A model generated the notes under the pieces. The model saw only the letters and a program-made list of their open reading frames with translations. It was not told the DNA's origin and did no database searches. A stretch of DNA of 64,000 nt from Hormiphora californensis. Taxonomy: Eukaryota > Animalia > Ctenophora. Shown piece after piece: positions 1-42,700 of this stretch (position 1 is the first letter of the stretch; each line of letters starts with the position of its first letter). Location: assembly GCA_020137815.1 (NCBI GenBank), contig CM035353.1, positions 496,001 through 560,000 on the forward strand. The letters run 5' to 3'. A program made the position numbers and the translations under genes.

Positions 1-19372
<19,372 letters not shown>

Positions 19373-19756
19373 TGTTTTTATACAGAACACCTTTTTGTTT
19401 GGCTTGAGTTGCAGCCTCATAACATAATCGACACCAAAAGATGATTTTCTTGTTCCCAGGGGATTTTTTGGGAACGAAATTACCCCTACTACTTGAGGCA
19501 TCGCAGTAGTAAGGCATGCCCTCAAGGTAGGGTTAAATTCGTTACCAAGGTGTTTTGGTGTTTTAGTTTTTTATTCGTTTGCCGTCCGTTTTGCTCCTTT
19601 AGTAAATATTTATACGGCAGTTTTGGGATTAATTTATTTGACACAAACATCTTATAAAACCTTGTTGTGAAAATACATAATATACACATGTATATTGCCT
19701 GGCAATGCAGAATAATAACCAGCCCCGTGTTACATAGCGAATGAAATATTAGCAGA

Positions 19757-29095
<9,339 letters not shown>

Positions 29096-29435
29096 TGGGA
29101 TAAAAGAGAGTGATGTGATCAGACTCTGGTGGAGAGAGGTTCAGACTGTGTAACACGCTGTGAGTTGTGTTGCTAGGCAACAGACTGTGTAGTGGGACTT
29201 GAAATAAGAGAGAGAGGTTCAGATTGTATTGAAAAGAAATACGAGAGAGAGAGGTTCAGATTGTCACGTCGTGTGACCCCGAGATTGCAAAAATCGATCT
29301 TTCTTCAGCCTCACAATACTTCAGGCCAAGGACAAAGAAAGATTTGATTCAGTCTAAAAGAGAGAGAAGGAGAGAAGTGACAGTTTCCTGAGATTTATTT
29401 TATGCGATGAAATATATATAGGGCGATGAAAGACT

Positions 29436-29555
29436 GGGGGGCTTTTCCACCCTACTTTTTGAGTTTTGGAAGTTTTTGAAGTTTTCCACCCTAAGTTTCT
29501 TTTTGAAGTTTTTGAAGTCAACTTCAAAAACTTCAGCCCCCCCCCCCCCCCCCCC
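29436..29555. mobile_element. 120-bp element with poly(G)/poly(C) ends and an 8-bp TSD
   Basis: gaaagact at 29428-35 and 29556-63 flank G6...C19. Confidence 0.75.
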
Positions 29556-30072
29556 GAAAGACTATTGCAAAAAGACCCTATATATCAATTAATTAGTGTT
29601 ACTTGTTTAACACTGTTTACCCGTTAAGATGTGGTAAATCGACACACTTGAACCGAGAAGCATATATTATACACACGAGAAGTTAATTGCTGGTAGATTC
29701 CAAGATACATCTCACATTTGAATTATGTGCAGACAATATATCATACGTTTTTATATGTTACCATATTATGTTAGTGATGTTGCCTAGCTAGACCCTGTTC
29801 CCACCCTGTTTCTTTACAAATGTAAAGAGAGGGTTTGATGGTTCAATATTATTATGTTGCCTAATGATAGGTAGTTGTGTGTATAATTATCTCAGTGAGG
29901 ATCAGTCTTTTAAAAATTTCATATCCGCAGTAAAAACCTGCTGGTGCATTTGTCGTGTAATGTGTGTCGCTGTTTTTTATTTTCGAGATATATTACAAAT
30001 AAGCATCTTGAAATATGTGAGCACGTGTGTAAAAACAACCCGGTCTGTGTGCAGTAACTTGACAGCTTCTAT

Positions 30073-30341
30073 AGTCGAATTTTTTAATCAAGGGACAGGG
30101 GGCCGCGCATTTACAAAGTCTTTTTGCGCGTGCTAAATGTTTTTGCTCATATCTCCTCTTCCTGATAAGATAAAGACTTGATCTTGGTTGCGTTGAAAAG
30201 GTCTTAAAATTATCTTTCCAACGCTTCCGGGTTCAAGTCTTAAGATTGCCAGGAACTTGATCTCGATTGTCACGCGCAAATACAACGCCGCGCGACCTCT
30301 CTGAATGCGCGGCCCCTGTCCCTTGATTAAAAAATTCGACT
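30073..30341. mobile_element. MITE with ~38-bp TIR
   Basis: agtcgaattttttaatcaagggacagggg(g)ccgcgcatt and its reverse complement. Confidence 0.8.
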
Positions 30342-31346
30342 TTATCATTGAAATTTATCAAGTTTAACTCGAAGGTGCCATTCTGTAAAAAAATAACGCT
30401 TGTATACTGTTATAGTACTGTTATAGTACAGCGGGTATCACTCTGTCAAGTGTCAGCTCAGTGCCGAACTGGTATATTACATATCAATAATGGTCAGTTT
30501 TTAGTTCACTGTGTGCGGCGGATGCGTGGAAACTATTTTCAGAATTCATGTCTATCACTTTTTGGCCATGAGTTTAATGTACAAAAGCAGTGATTGTGCG
30601 TACTTTTGGAGCTCCACAGAACTGCTCTTACTCGGGGAGAAAGAAACAGAGAGAGAAAGAGAGATTTTGTTTGTTTTGTGCGGCCCAAAAGTATACAAAC
30701 ACACAGTGCATGTTTTTTCCTGTGAATATTTGTTGTTTTACAAAAATAATTTTGTTTGATTTTGAAGCACCAGCCCCTTGGAGAGATACTGGCACATAAT
30801 ACATAGTATGAACAATACAATGGCATATATCCAGTTGAATTGGAGAGATACTGGCACATTACATCCAGTTGAGTTCGCGCCCTGTTATGTGGTAATATTC
30901 CACTTCTACATTGGGCTTATTGCTAGCAGTGGAGGATAGTTGAAAGTGGAACTGTCTTCGCGCGTTTGTGTAAAAACTGCGCGGCACGAGGGAGAGTATG
31001 ACTTGAATATAAAAGGAAGAGATGGAGAGAGAGAGATGAGCTTAGAAATAGAAGTCACGCTGTTCGTGACTTATTCTACTGAAGTATATTCAGGTAAGTC
31101 ACATATTTTCTTTGAACAGGAGATTCTGAGAAATGGAGTGCCGAACAGGCACATTGGTTTATTTGGAGTTGGAACGGAATGTAATACGGACAAGGACAAA
31201 CTAAACGGTGTTTCTTGATATCATAAAACAAATAGAAATTTACACACAATTTTATAGTATCACACCGAGTCCTTGTTACTACTTCCTCTCTATCTCTCTC
31301 TCTCTCTCTCAGTAAAAAACAAGATAAAGTCTGTTCAAACACACAT

Positions 31347-32274
31347 CTAGTTATTGGTGGCCGGGTTCTTTGCCTTGCCACCTCTTCCTCCTCCTCCTCC
31401 ACCACCCTGGTTTTTGTTTGGTTTCTTGCCCTGGGGTGCGGGTCTGTTACCCACTCGAGCCCCACCTCGTCCTCTGACAGTCTTGAAGTTTTGATGCCTG
31501 AAGTGGGATTTATCAATTTAGTAAGCACAACTCAGGGTTTGTAGCATACCATCCGTACAGGGTGACTCAATAAATCATATAACTATCAGAGAGCATTGTA
31601 AATTCTGTTTTTGAACACTCTCACCTCTTGACGGGTTCATCCTTACCAAATCCATGACCTCATCCGGAATTCTCAGGTATTTGATTGTGTTACCCCTCAC
31701 AAAACACTCTGGAATCTTCCAAAACTGATCACCTGGGGGAGAGAGAGGGGGGTTTAGTAGTCACTAAGGAGAGAGGGTGGAACTAGAGTTGTTGAGTAAG
31801 GGGGAAGAGTAGGAGACCCACTCTTTCCCCTTACTCAACGAAACAAAGGAGGGTGGAACGAGAACTAGAGTACATGTGAATGTTCTTACCATCCTTGCTG
31901 GTACAGATGACATCCTTCAGGAAGATGTTCATCCATGTATCGCATTTTACCAGGTTACCATTATACGTCTCTCCTAAAGGGGGGGGGGGTTGTGTTTACA
32001 TTGTGGGAGGAAAGTGTTAACATTGGACGCAGGAGTTGGGTCCTTCAACTCACCATTCTTCTGTCAGAGCATTGGCCTGACCCATTCTGGCTTCTCTCAA
32101 ATAGTTCTGCACGCGGAGCGCGCAAGAACTGTGGTCAGAGCATTGGCCTGACAGCCATTCTTGAGCCCCACCCCCTCTCAAGTCCCACCCAAATCCCATT
32201 TACTCACCATTCTTTAGCTCCACCAACATGGGGTGGTCAATAGCACTCTGGATAAGAGACAGCGGTAGGACCAT
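31347..32274 (-). CDS. LSM4: U6 snRNA-associated Sm-like protein LSm4 (4 exons; one apparent 1-bp frameshift near 31643)
   Basis: [23 protein letters not shown] / [27 protein letters not shown] / [26 protein letters not shown], followed by an RG-rich tail. Confidence 0.93.
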
Positions 32275-33156
32275 ATCTACTGGCTTGATATTTTGAAGGT
32301 GGGGTTAATTATCACAATTATGGAACGGGACTGTAGAGGGTGGAACAAGATTTTTAATCTGGCTGCTAGCTCATTCTCTCTCACGCATACACGCCCATTA
32401 TAACTGATCAACAGTTGAAGGGGGAAACGCACCGTGGGCAGAAATCCTGATCAGATCTCATTCATGGGATTTTTGAGAGTTACACGGGGAGAGAAAACAT
32501 GGAATGAGATTTATAAAAATGAAAGATAAAAGTTTGTGATTACGAAGCTGCTTACTGCTACACACACAGCTCATACAGAACTCCCGCAGTTACACACATA
32601 ATAACTTACAACAACATCTCTAAGAAAAAAATGGCCAATCCTCAATAAATATAACTTGGATACAATCACTTTGAACTCGACTGCAGAGACACGTGGGTAC
32701 AGGGTGTTCCTAGTTATGTGAAACACAGTCTAGCTAGGCAAGGTGTTCCCTGGATCCACCTTTGCTGATAGGGAGGTGGATCCATTACTATGAGACACCC
32801 TCTATTATACTGGATACACATAAATTACCAACCCCCCAACAACAGCTGATATATGAGACACCCTCTATTATACTAGATACACATAAATTACCAACCCCCC
32901 AACAACAGCTGATATATATATATAGGCTAGAAAACAACAACGTCTTGGAAAAACTTTCTATCTCACGAGACACGAGTGCCAAGGGTTCGATAGAGCACAT
33001 GAAAAATAACACACTAAATCCCCATCATCATGATACAATAGGATCCACTGAATAGTAGGAACTGACCGAATCAGGAAATACTGGTCCCTGATTGGCTGAT
33101 AACCAGTCACGTGACCTAAATAACGAGTTCTGATTGGTTCCTGCTGAATAGTAATT

Positions 33157-33646
33157 TCAAGAGTCTTGTTCGACCTCTTTTTCACCATCATCATCATTCT
33201 CTCCACCATCAGCAGAACCTTTGCTCTCTCCCTTGGTCTTCTTGTGTTGTGTCTGTTTAATGTAAACTGCGACCATTTCTGTTATCTTGTCTGCCCTTAG
33301 GGGATCACCTCTCTTCACGTGGCGACTCTCGTATACCTGGGACAATTGATCGTATAGAACCGAAACAGACCGTTAATTATAAAAACAGGATGTATTAGCT
33401 CATTAATTAAACACTGATTAATTAGTTTACCTTTAAGACAACTTGTTTCATAATGATTTTATAATCATCTTTTGAGATTTTCCTTTTTTTGAACGGGATC
33501 TTTAGCGCTAATTTGACAATGTTTGCTATGTCCTGCTTAATTTTTTGCTTTTGTGCCAAGTCAAACGTTTTATCCTGCTTCTCTCGCTTCACAACCTGGT
33601 AAGGGATTTATAGAGAGAGAAGAGAGAGAAATACGTAGAGAAGGAA

Positions 33647-33715
<69 letters not shown>

Positions 33716-36700
33716 TAGATAGAGAGAGAGATATATACATGACATAGAGAGATATGGATCAGTGAACCACGAAGTACCTTTTTCTCACTCCCAAGATCAG
33801 GTGGTGGTGGGTAAGGGGGCGTGGTACTTTGCTTCTGGGCGGGTGGAGGCGGCGGTACGTCATCTTCCTCCAATTCCATGTCAATATTCTCAATCATGTC
33901 ACTTTTCCCTGTAAAAGAGGAGAAGTTTAATTCACCTCATACTCTCCGCACATGAGTGTTTGAACAATAGACGACCGGCACTCTCGGAGGGCTAAACCAT
34001 TTACAAGGTGGGCCACGGATTGTCATGGTTAGCGAGGTGTGGAGTGAAACATACATCCCTCCAAAACAGGGGGAGAAAATCACTCCAAGGAGGGAGTGGT
34101 GATTTGCCTTGCTCGACCATATTTCACTGCACCCCGATATAGGAGGGTTAGCACATAACAAGTGATAATATTTGCTGATTAGTACATACCGATAGAATCC
34201 ATAATGACTTGGAGTGGTGTTCCCTGCTCTTGGTGGAGCCTCTGGCCTCGTGGATCTGGAAGAACAACAGATATTAGGGCTGAGTGATTTACTAAAAACA
34301 TGTTTGAGACTCTTTAAAAGGAAGGGTTATTAATTTGAACATATCAACAAAAAACACGGTAACAGATAATATCTACAAAATAACACTTTTAGTTCCTCAT
34401 CTACAATCGATTAATTTCTCTTAATCATAATCATAATGACATGATAGTCTTATCTATCCTGCAACTAGTTCCCTTGGTCGTTCCTTCACCTCTCTCTTCT
34501 CACCCTCTCCAACTTCATGCTCCGGAACCTCAGGCAGATCGATCCCCGATACTGGTACATCAGGCATCTTACTTTCCTCCTCCGCAGCCAGCATTGCATC
34601 TAACTCTCCTTCCAATTCCTCCTCATCGAATTCAACAATAGATGTACCTGTTAACATGGCGTCTATCTCCTGTTGGTATGCCACAGCATCCTCTGTGTCC
34701 CCTAGAATCTTCTCCACATCATCGAGTGACATGATGGCATTGAGTTCCTTGAGGGCTTCGTTCCCTGACTTCAATCCCTCCATAATCTTTATCTCACATT
34801 GGGCAAACTCAATGTCTGATACCATCCTCTCCAAGTTATCCAACTGATTATCAGTTTTCTCCAGTAGACCATCCTGAAACTTCTTCTTTTTGAGTAACCG
34901 CAACGCCTTGTCTTTCCTCCCCTGGTCTAGACACTGTTTAGCTAGCTTCCTCTCCTTATCCTGGTTCAATTGGATCTTCTTCTGGTATTGTTTCAGTTTG
35001 TCCCGGGTTTGTTTCAGTTTTAGTACCGCCTGGTCTTGTTCCGTAACCCGAGACTTGGGCGTACTCTTTTTTGAGAATAGTGAACCCATTTTGATGAAGG
35101 GTGTGTCGGGGGTGTCTACTCAGACGTCGTCCATTCTAGCTATTTTTGGGAAGTTATATCGGTTAGTCGGGTGGAAATTATCACGGATCACAATTAGCTG
35201 TGAACATAACTCACTTACCTCACTTCTACACGGATAATTTCTATCAAACTATAATAATAAGAAATCGTTGCAACTCCAAATAGGGGATCTTACCTCTGGG
35301 GTCTCTGTTGGGGGTTCCATGAGCAATGGGGGTCTTACCTCTGGGGTCTCTGTTCGGGGTTCCATGAGCAATGGGGTCTTACCTCTGGGGTCTCTGTTCG
35401 GGGTTCCATGAGCAATGGGCATCAAGGGATGGCTTCCTAACTTGGTCCGAGCTGGGTTCACCCCTGTCTTCTTATCTCCTCCTCTTCGACCTGAAACAAA
35501 AAACGTGTACTCTCACAATTCCGGCACCCAAAAGACCCGGTATTACCTGTGTAACTTTTGTATAGGTGGCAAGATGGCAAGATGCCTGCAAAAAGTACCG
35601 TGTGTTTTCTTACCTGGATTGATGGGTGTAGCAGTGGGTGATTCTGCCTCCTTAATCCAGGCATCATTGAACTGCTCCATCAAGTAGGAATTCTCTAGGA
35701 CGGTAGATGGCGATCCGAGGAACCTGCAATCACGATATGATAACAATGTTAGATAACAATATTAGATAACAATGTTAGATCTACCAGGGGTTGGATTAGA
35801 GATCAAACTCACTCGGGCGGGGTTAGATTAGAACTAGAGATCAGTCTAACACTCACTTGGTTCGTTCGGTAAGGCTTTCGTTCAACATGGGTGGTTCTAA
35901 TCTTGGTCGTTTTCTTACAAGATGGTGGCCATTGCTAGCTGTCTCGGAGAGGCTACTGTTAACGTATACCCGGGGAACGGGAGGAGGAGGAGCTGGTATT
36001 TGGGGGAGCTGGTGATCACAGATAATGGTCTGTTCGGGAGGTGGTGGTGGAGGAGGAGGAGGAGGGGGTGGAGTGTCGTTAAGGAGGGGAATTCCACCAA
36101 CTTCCTGATCCTTCTTATTTTCTGACTGGGACGATCGTCGTCGGGGTAGCTCTGATCCCTTCCGATCACTCGTTGACCTCCGTCTACTAGTGGATTTATC
36201 CGCTGTGGTTGATCGTGACGATGAAGATTTATCATCGCCCCTCGAGGATTTCTTCCTTCTTCTCGGGTCGAGTTTACCTGATCTACCTCCACCACCTGTT
36301 GTAGTAGGGTTTGTGTATTTCTTCTCCAGATCGCTGTACCGTTTTAAACGTTCTCTACGTCGCTGTTCCTGCACCTCGGGAGGGGTCATCAGGTACTCTG
36401 GGGTGGAGTCAGCAGGTGACTTCTCATCCGCATGCTCTCCTCCCTTTGCTAAGAACTCTGGTGTTTTGGGTGAGGGGGTCTTGTCCTCATTGTTCCTTTG
36501 TGCATCTGCCATTTTATCCACTAAATCAGAGACGACCTCTTCTGTTGGAGTCGGAGCGGGTGGAAGGTCAGACTCTTTCGTTTCATCACTAGCAATCACC
36601 ATGTTGTCGGAGTCGTCTAGTGGGCTTTCATCACCGGGCGAGTAAACGTCCTCAGGTGCAGGGGGAGTTCTGGTGATGGGAGAAGGGAGGACCACGGCGG

Positions 36701-39700
36701 GGGCGACATCTGTCGTAGTGATTGGGGCTGGGGGTGGAGGAGGAGGAGGGAGGTCAGCTCGCACGGAGGGTTTCACAATTTCAACAGGTCCTGCAGCAGG
36801 TGGAGAAGGAGGAGATTCCTGAGGTTTTCGAAGTTCTATCAACCTGCCAAACTCATCTACACGCTGTGTAGGTGACGGCGACCGCCGTCGAAGCAGAGGA
36901 GATCGTCTTCGTGGTGGGGATCTAGGCCTCCTGGGTATCATGGGTGATCGGCGCCTAGGTGGAGATCTTCTCATTGGGGATCTTCGCACTGGGGATCTTC
37001 TCCGACGAGGTGGGGTGTGGACTTCTGAAGATGATCTTCTCCGACGACCAGGTGATCTTCTTCTCCCTCCTCCTGGACTGCCACGACGACGCCCTGATCG
37101 ATTAGGAGAACTCCTGCGCTTCCGCCTTGTGGACATTTTTTGGCGATGTGGCGAACTGCTTTCTGACCTTTTTCTAGAGCTTTTCCTGGACCGGTCGGGT
37201 GAATTACTTTGAGAACGTTTTCTGGACGTCTTTCTGGGAGCAGGGGAGCCACTTTCAGAACGTTTTCTGGACGTCTTTCTAGGAGCAGGGGAGCCACTTT
37301 GAGACCGTTTTCTGGACGTCTTTCTGGGAGCAGGGGAGCCACTTTCAGAACGTTTTCTGGACGTCTTTCTAGAAACAGGGGAGCCACTTTCAGAACGTTT
37401 CTTAGACGTCTTTCTGGGAGCAGGGGAGCCACTTTCAGAACGTTTTCTGGACGTCTTTCTAGAAACAGGGGAGCCACTTTCAGAACGTTTCTTAGACGTC
37501 TTTCTAGGAGCAGGGGAGCCACTTTCAGAACGTTTTCTGGACGTCTTTCTAGGAGCAGGGGAGCCACTTTGAGACCGTTTTCTGGACGTTTTTCTAGGAG
37601 CAGGGGAGCCACTTTCAGAACGTTTCTTAGACGTCTCTTTTGGAGTAGGGGAGCCACTTTCGGAGCGTTTCTCAGACGTCTTTCTAGGAACAGGGGAACC
37701 ACTTTCAGAACGTTTCTTGGACGTTTTTCTAGGAGCAGGGGAGCCACTTTCAGAACGTTTTCTGGACGTCTTTCTAGGAGCAGGGGAGCCACTTTCAGAA
37801 CGTTTTCTGGACGTCTTTCTAGGAGCAGGGGAGCCACTTTCAGAACGTTTTCTGGACATCTTTCTAGGAACAGGGGAGCCACTTTCAGAACGTTTTCTGG
37901 ACATCTTTCTAGGAACAGGGGAGCCACTTTCAGAACGTTTTTGGGATCGCGATTCTCTTTCAGACATTTTGCTCGGTGTCTTTTTAGGGCTAGGAGATTC
38001 CTTGTTCCGTTTATCAGATGGCCTTTTGGGAACAGGAGAACTGCTTTCAGACCTTTTCCGTGATTTTTTCTTCTTCTGACGTTCAGAAGTTTTTCTCTTT
38101 CGATCCCTAGAATCTGATGTCCGTCGCTTTTTCTTAGAATCTTTTTCCGACTCTGAGTTCTTCCTTCGCTTATCTTTAGAGCTCTTTCTTTTTGCTGCAG
38201 ATGAACTACCTCCCTCTGATTTTCTTCGTTTTTCAGGTGTTACAATGACGACTTTTGTTTGTTTGGGTTCAATCTGCACCTCCAGTTCTTTCTCCCTCCT
38301 CTCCTCCTCTCTCTTCTGTTTATCCTCGTTCATCATCTCATCAACAGTCTTGTATGCGACATCACCCGTCCTGGTTACAAGTGCCGTCTTGGATCCAGTA
38401 TTGACAATATCACTCGTTATCATATCGATCAAGTTAACAGGGGTTGGTTTATCATCCCCCTCGTTATCTTTTGAGGAGCCTGGTTTCACTTCCTCGTAGT
38501 ATTTACCAGCTCCTAGAACGGACTCCCCTTTTAGAGCCTTGTGAGCTGCCAGAGCTGCTTTAGAGAAACCACCCATCTCACCAGTTAGATCGCTTCCTGG
38601 AAGGGGGAGAGAGGATTTGAGAGAATAATGAATATTGAAATAACTAATTTTCCAAGAAAAGACTATATTAATATTATAGATAACTAATAAATTATCTCCT
38701 GACCGCTGACGCTGCCAGCTGCAGACGGCAATTGTATTGTTCATACGGGGGAGGTGCAACAGCACAAGACGGCAACCGATTTTCCATAGAAAAGTGACTA
38801 AGAATTCCGGGTCACCCTTCAGCAAGACGGATTGTGCGCGGTGTACCACTCCACTCCCATTACAACTGAACCTCCGCGCGTACCTGCATTGTGCTTGTTG
38901 GTCCTCTGGTTCCAAGCCTCCAGCCGCTCCGGACTGTTCGACAAGAGAGGGCTGTACCTATCACGGGGTCCGGATGGTTCCCCCTGGCTGGCCCTACTTC
39001 TCCGTTTGTTACCACTACTGTTCAGGGCTCTGATGTTGTGGATTCCAACTGTCCGGGTCGCTATCCGGGCTAGTTTCGCACCCTGTATCGAGGAGAAAGT
39101 ATTGATTTTTTGATCGTATTATTAACGAGAGAAGTCTTGCAAAATTACCTTTGCTGTTCTGGCCCGTCCGGTAATACTAGAAATGAGTTGGACAGCTTTG
39201 GAAAGACGCCGAGAGGTAGAGGAAGAAGATGACGTCCGGCGCTCTGAGGTCCGTCGTGTTCGTCTCACTAGCTCTTCCATTGCAATACGCCTCGTTGTAG
39301 AAGGCATCTTATAGGTAATCGATCCTGATAGGAATATAGCAGTTGTATTGCATTTTTCTAAATTTCCGTGTGACCCAGATCTCACTCTAATGATAACTTT
39401 TTAGGCAAAGTCATTTCACCCCATATTTAGCCCTTGAACTGGGTGCTTCTGGATAACTTTGCCTCATAATTATTGAAGTACCTGCGGACGGGTTGATCTC
39501 TAATCCGTGCTCCTCCTCATCTTCAGGACCACCACTACACTGAGGGAGGAGGTCATGTTAGTTGTTTTGGCGTTAAATATGTGAATAAAGAACGCCCCAG
39601 AGAGCCAGCCATCGGAGGTGGGTGGGTCGTCAAAAACCGTGCTTGCTGTAAACCGGGGTGTGTGTATAATACAAGTTATGATATACCTGAAGGCAGAACC

Positions 39701-42700
39701 AGTCACCCTCAGGAATGCTATCCAGCACGGGGGTAAGACAGAAAGTGTGATAGGCCTCGTCGCACCCATCACACAGAAGCAGCAAATCTGAAAGATAGAA
39801 ATATATTATAGGTCTAAATTCCAGGGACACGAATATATTGCGATATATATTTGATATCTTTTGATAAAACTCTGCCAGAAGTTCTTTTTAGGTATTTGCA
39901 CCCTTCTTTACTGTTCATACTGTAGTTGAACTGATTGCAACACATCTCTTGAACGGTCCTATTCTTTAAAAACTTTGATGTACAATGAGAGAGCTAGATA
40001 TAGGATCTCGGAGCAAGGAAAAATGTGTAACAGTGGTGCCCCGTCATATTAAATTCAGGCCGCCCAGGGTGTTTTTTTGTGCGTCTTGGACAACGTGGGG
40101 GAGGGGGGGGGGGCGTCGTGGGCAGCGCTGTGAGGGCGGCCAACATGACGGAGCACCACTTTAATTTGTTACCGGGGGGGGGGGGGGGGGTGTTACCTTC
40201 GCTTTCTCCGGTACCACAAATCTGACACATGTAATGATCTAAAGTGGATGGGCAATCCCCTTTGGGCGGTTGATGGCCGATAGGGACCGTCGTCGTGAAA
40301 TCTCCCTTTAGTGTGTGGCATGTACAAATACTGTCGTACCTGAGGAAATGATAGGGTAACAATAATATGTTAACAATAGATTAACAATAGGTTAACAATA
40401 ATGACAATAATGACAATCCCATTGTTCACTTGGTAACGAATTGACCCCTAAACCGTGCTCTACTACGGCCTGAGAGGTGATTTAATTAACAAACTGTAAA
40501 AAAATTATCGGTTGTAAAAACTGTCTTACCTTGTTCGACAGATTGGACAAGTGTTTGCATTTTTAGACCACTCGGTGATACACGGCTCACAAAAGACATG
40601 TTGGCAGTTCTGTGGTTTGGCGAATGATTCAACGTCGTCCTCCCCACCTTGACAGACAGGACACAAGAACTCATCCCCAGTCTCATCTTCTTCAACTTCT
40701 TCTTCCCCACTTTCAGTCACATCTGAGTGGGAATGCAATTAATATGTCGTGATTACTGTTTAAGGGTACGCTAACCAAAAATTTTTTTCGAGTGCAGGGA
40801 AATCTCTCACCGTAGGGTTGTAGGCCATGCCAAGGAGACCTCAAATATGCAATTTGAGCTCTCAAGTCGAATTCATATTTTTGCTACAGCTGTTTAAAAA
40901 ATGTCCTGTAAATACGTTTTTGGCATCTCAAAAAAAATTTTTTAAAGATAGGAGCATGAAAATTTGGGGATTTGAAGAGGACATGAAGGTGAATAACCAC
41001 AAAAAATATTTTTGCAATCCGAGCTGATTTCCGGTCCTGAGATGGATTTCTTTTTTTCCACTTTAACGCCCTATTTGGCAAAGTTCCGAAAACATGTGAA
41101 AGCTGTAAATTGGTGAAAAGTTGCGTCTAACGATTATCTAAGTGGCCATAAATTTTGGGCGTGTCCTTATTTGAGATAAGCTGTACAGAGTTTTTTTTGT
41201 GTAAGCCGTCATTTCAGAAATAAATAAATTCCCTGTATCTCAAAAACGGCTGATCGTAAAGACCTGAGACTATGCTTAAACGATTCAGAAGGTCCGATTT
41301 TGGGGGGGTCTTCTGAGAGACATTTTGCTCCTACTTCAACCGTTTTTGCTGTAATTGCGAAAAACAAAACCCATCTTCGCCATCGTGGATTTTTTTGTGA
41401 TTTTGTTTTTGGTGATTCTAGGGACCCATATGGACCAAATAGTGAAGGAATTAGCTTGTTACACATTTTTCCATAGTTTCGGTCCTTTCTTAGCTAAAAT
41501 TCCCTAATTACAGGATATTGGATTTTAGCTTTTGCCCTTTCCATAGAATTTGTTTTTCGCAATTATAGCAAAAACGGTTGAAGTAGGAGCAAAATGTCTC
41601 TCAGAAGACCCCCCCAAAATCGGACCTTCTGAATCGTTTAAGCATAGTCTCAGGTCTCTAAGATCAGCCGTTTTTGAGATACAGGGAATTTATTTATTTC
41701 TGAAATGACGGCTTACACAAAAAAAACTCTGTACAGCTTATCTCAAATAAGGACACGCCCAAAATTTATGGCCACTTAGATAATCGTTAGACGCAACTTT
41801 TCACCAATTTACAGCTTTCACATGTTTTCGGAACTTTGCCAAATAGGGCGTTAAAGTGGAAAAAAAGAAATCCATCTCAGGACCGGAAATCAGCTCGGAT
41901 TGCAAAAATATTTTTTGTGGTTATTCACCTTTATGTCCTCTTCAAATCCCCAAATTTTCATGCTCCTATCTTTAAAAAAAAATTTTTGAGATGCCAAAAA
42001 CGTATTTACAGGACATTTTTTAAACAGCTGTAGCAAAAATATGAATTCGACTTGAGAGCTCAAATTGCATATTTGAGGTCTCCTTGGCATGGCCTACAAC
42101 CCTACGGTGAGAGATTTCCCTGCACTCGAAAAAAATTTTTGGTTAGCGTACCCTTAATAGCCCAACTGGTCATTCCGAAAAATCAGATACAAACACATTA
42201 ATGTGCTGCACTGTATATGAGTTACTCCAACCCTCCAGTTTCAATGCTTGTTTAACGAAGGAAGTAACCAAGCGATCCACTGGATTCGATATATCTAGGC
42301 GCATATCATATTGCCACAGTACTGATGTATTAGCACTATCTTTATATCGGATATCTCGAACAGCAACAATCCTTGTATTTAAACAGGGTTCTTGCTTTCT
42401 AACCAGTTAGGCGTATTAACGTACCGTTGAACGGTCGATTGATTCAATAACCTGTTGTTCAGGCTTGATCAATATCATGTGTGTGGGTGATGTGTGTGTG
42501 TGTGATGTCCCTGCAGCATAGTGCATAATACTACGGCTAATGTAGTTCATTATCATGAGTGGGAATGATACAGTTCTAAATATTGATGCTTAAATATAAT
42601 GTGTTAGTTGATGGAAGTATTCTGAATAATGAGTTCAGAGCAAGAATTAATTAAGTTGATGGAAGTGTATGGACAACTGAGACATTGTGTTAGTTTTTCA

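Noticed and set aside
31635-31650. Frameshifts in LSm4 and KATNAL2 (about 54750) as pseudogenisation or programmed frameshifting
   Set aside because: Single-base indels in otherwise conserved genes, in an assembly with evident indel errors, are most likely consensus errors.
36971-38079. Long alternative-frame ORFs over the 45-bp repeat
   Set aside because: By-products of a stop-free tandem repeat in the PHRF1-like exon.
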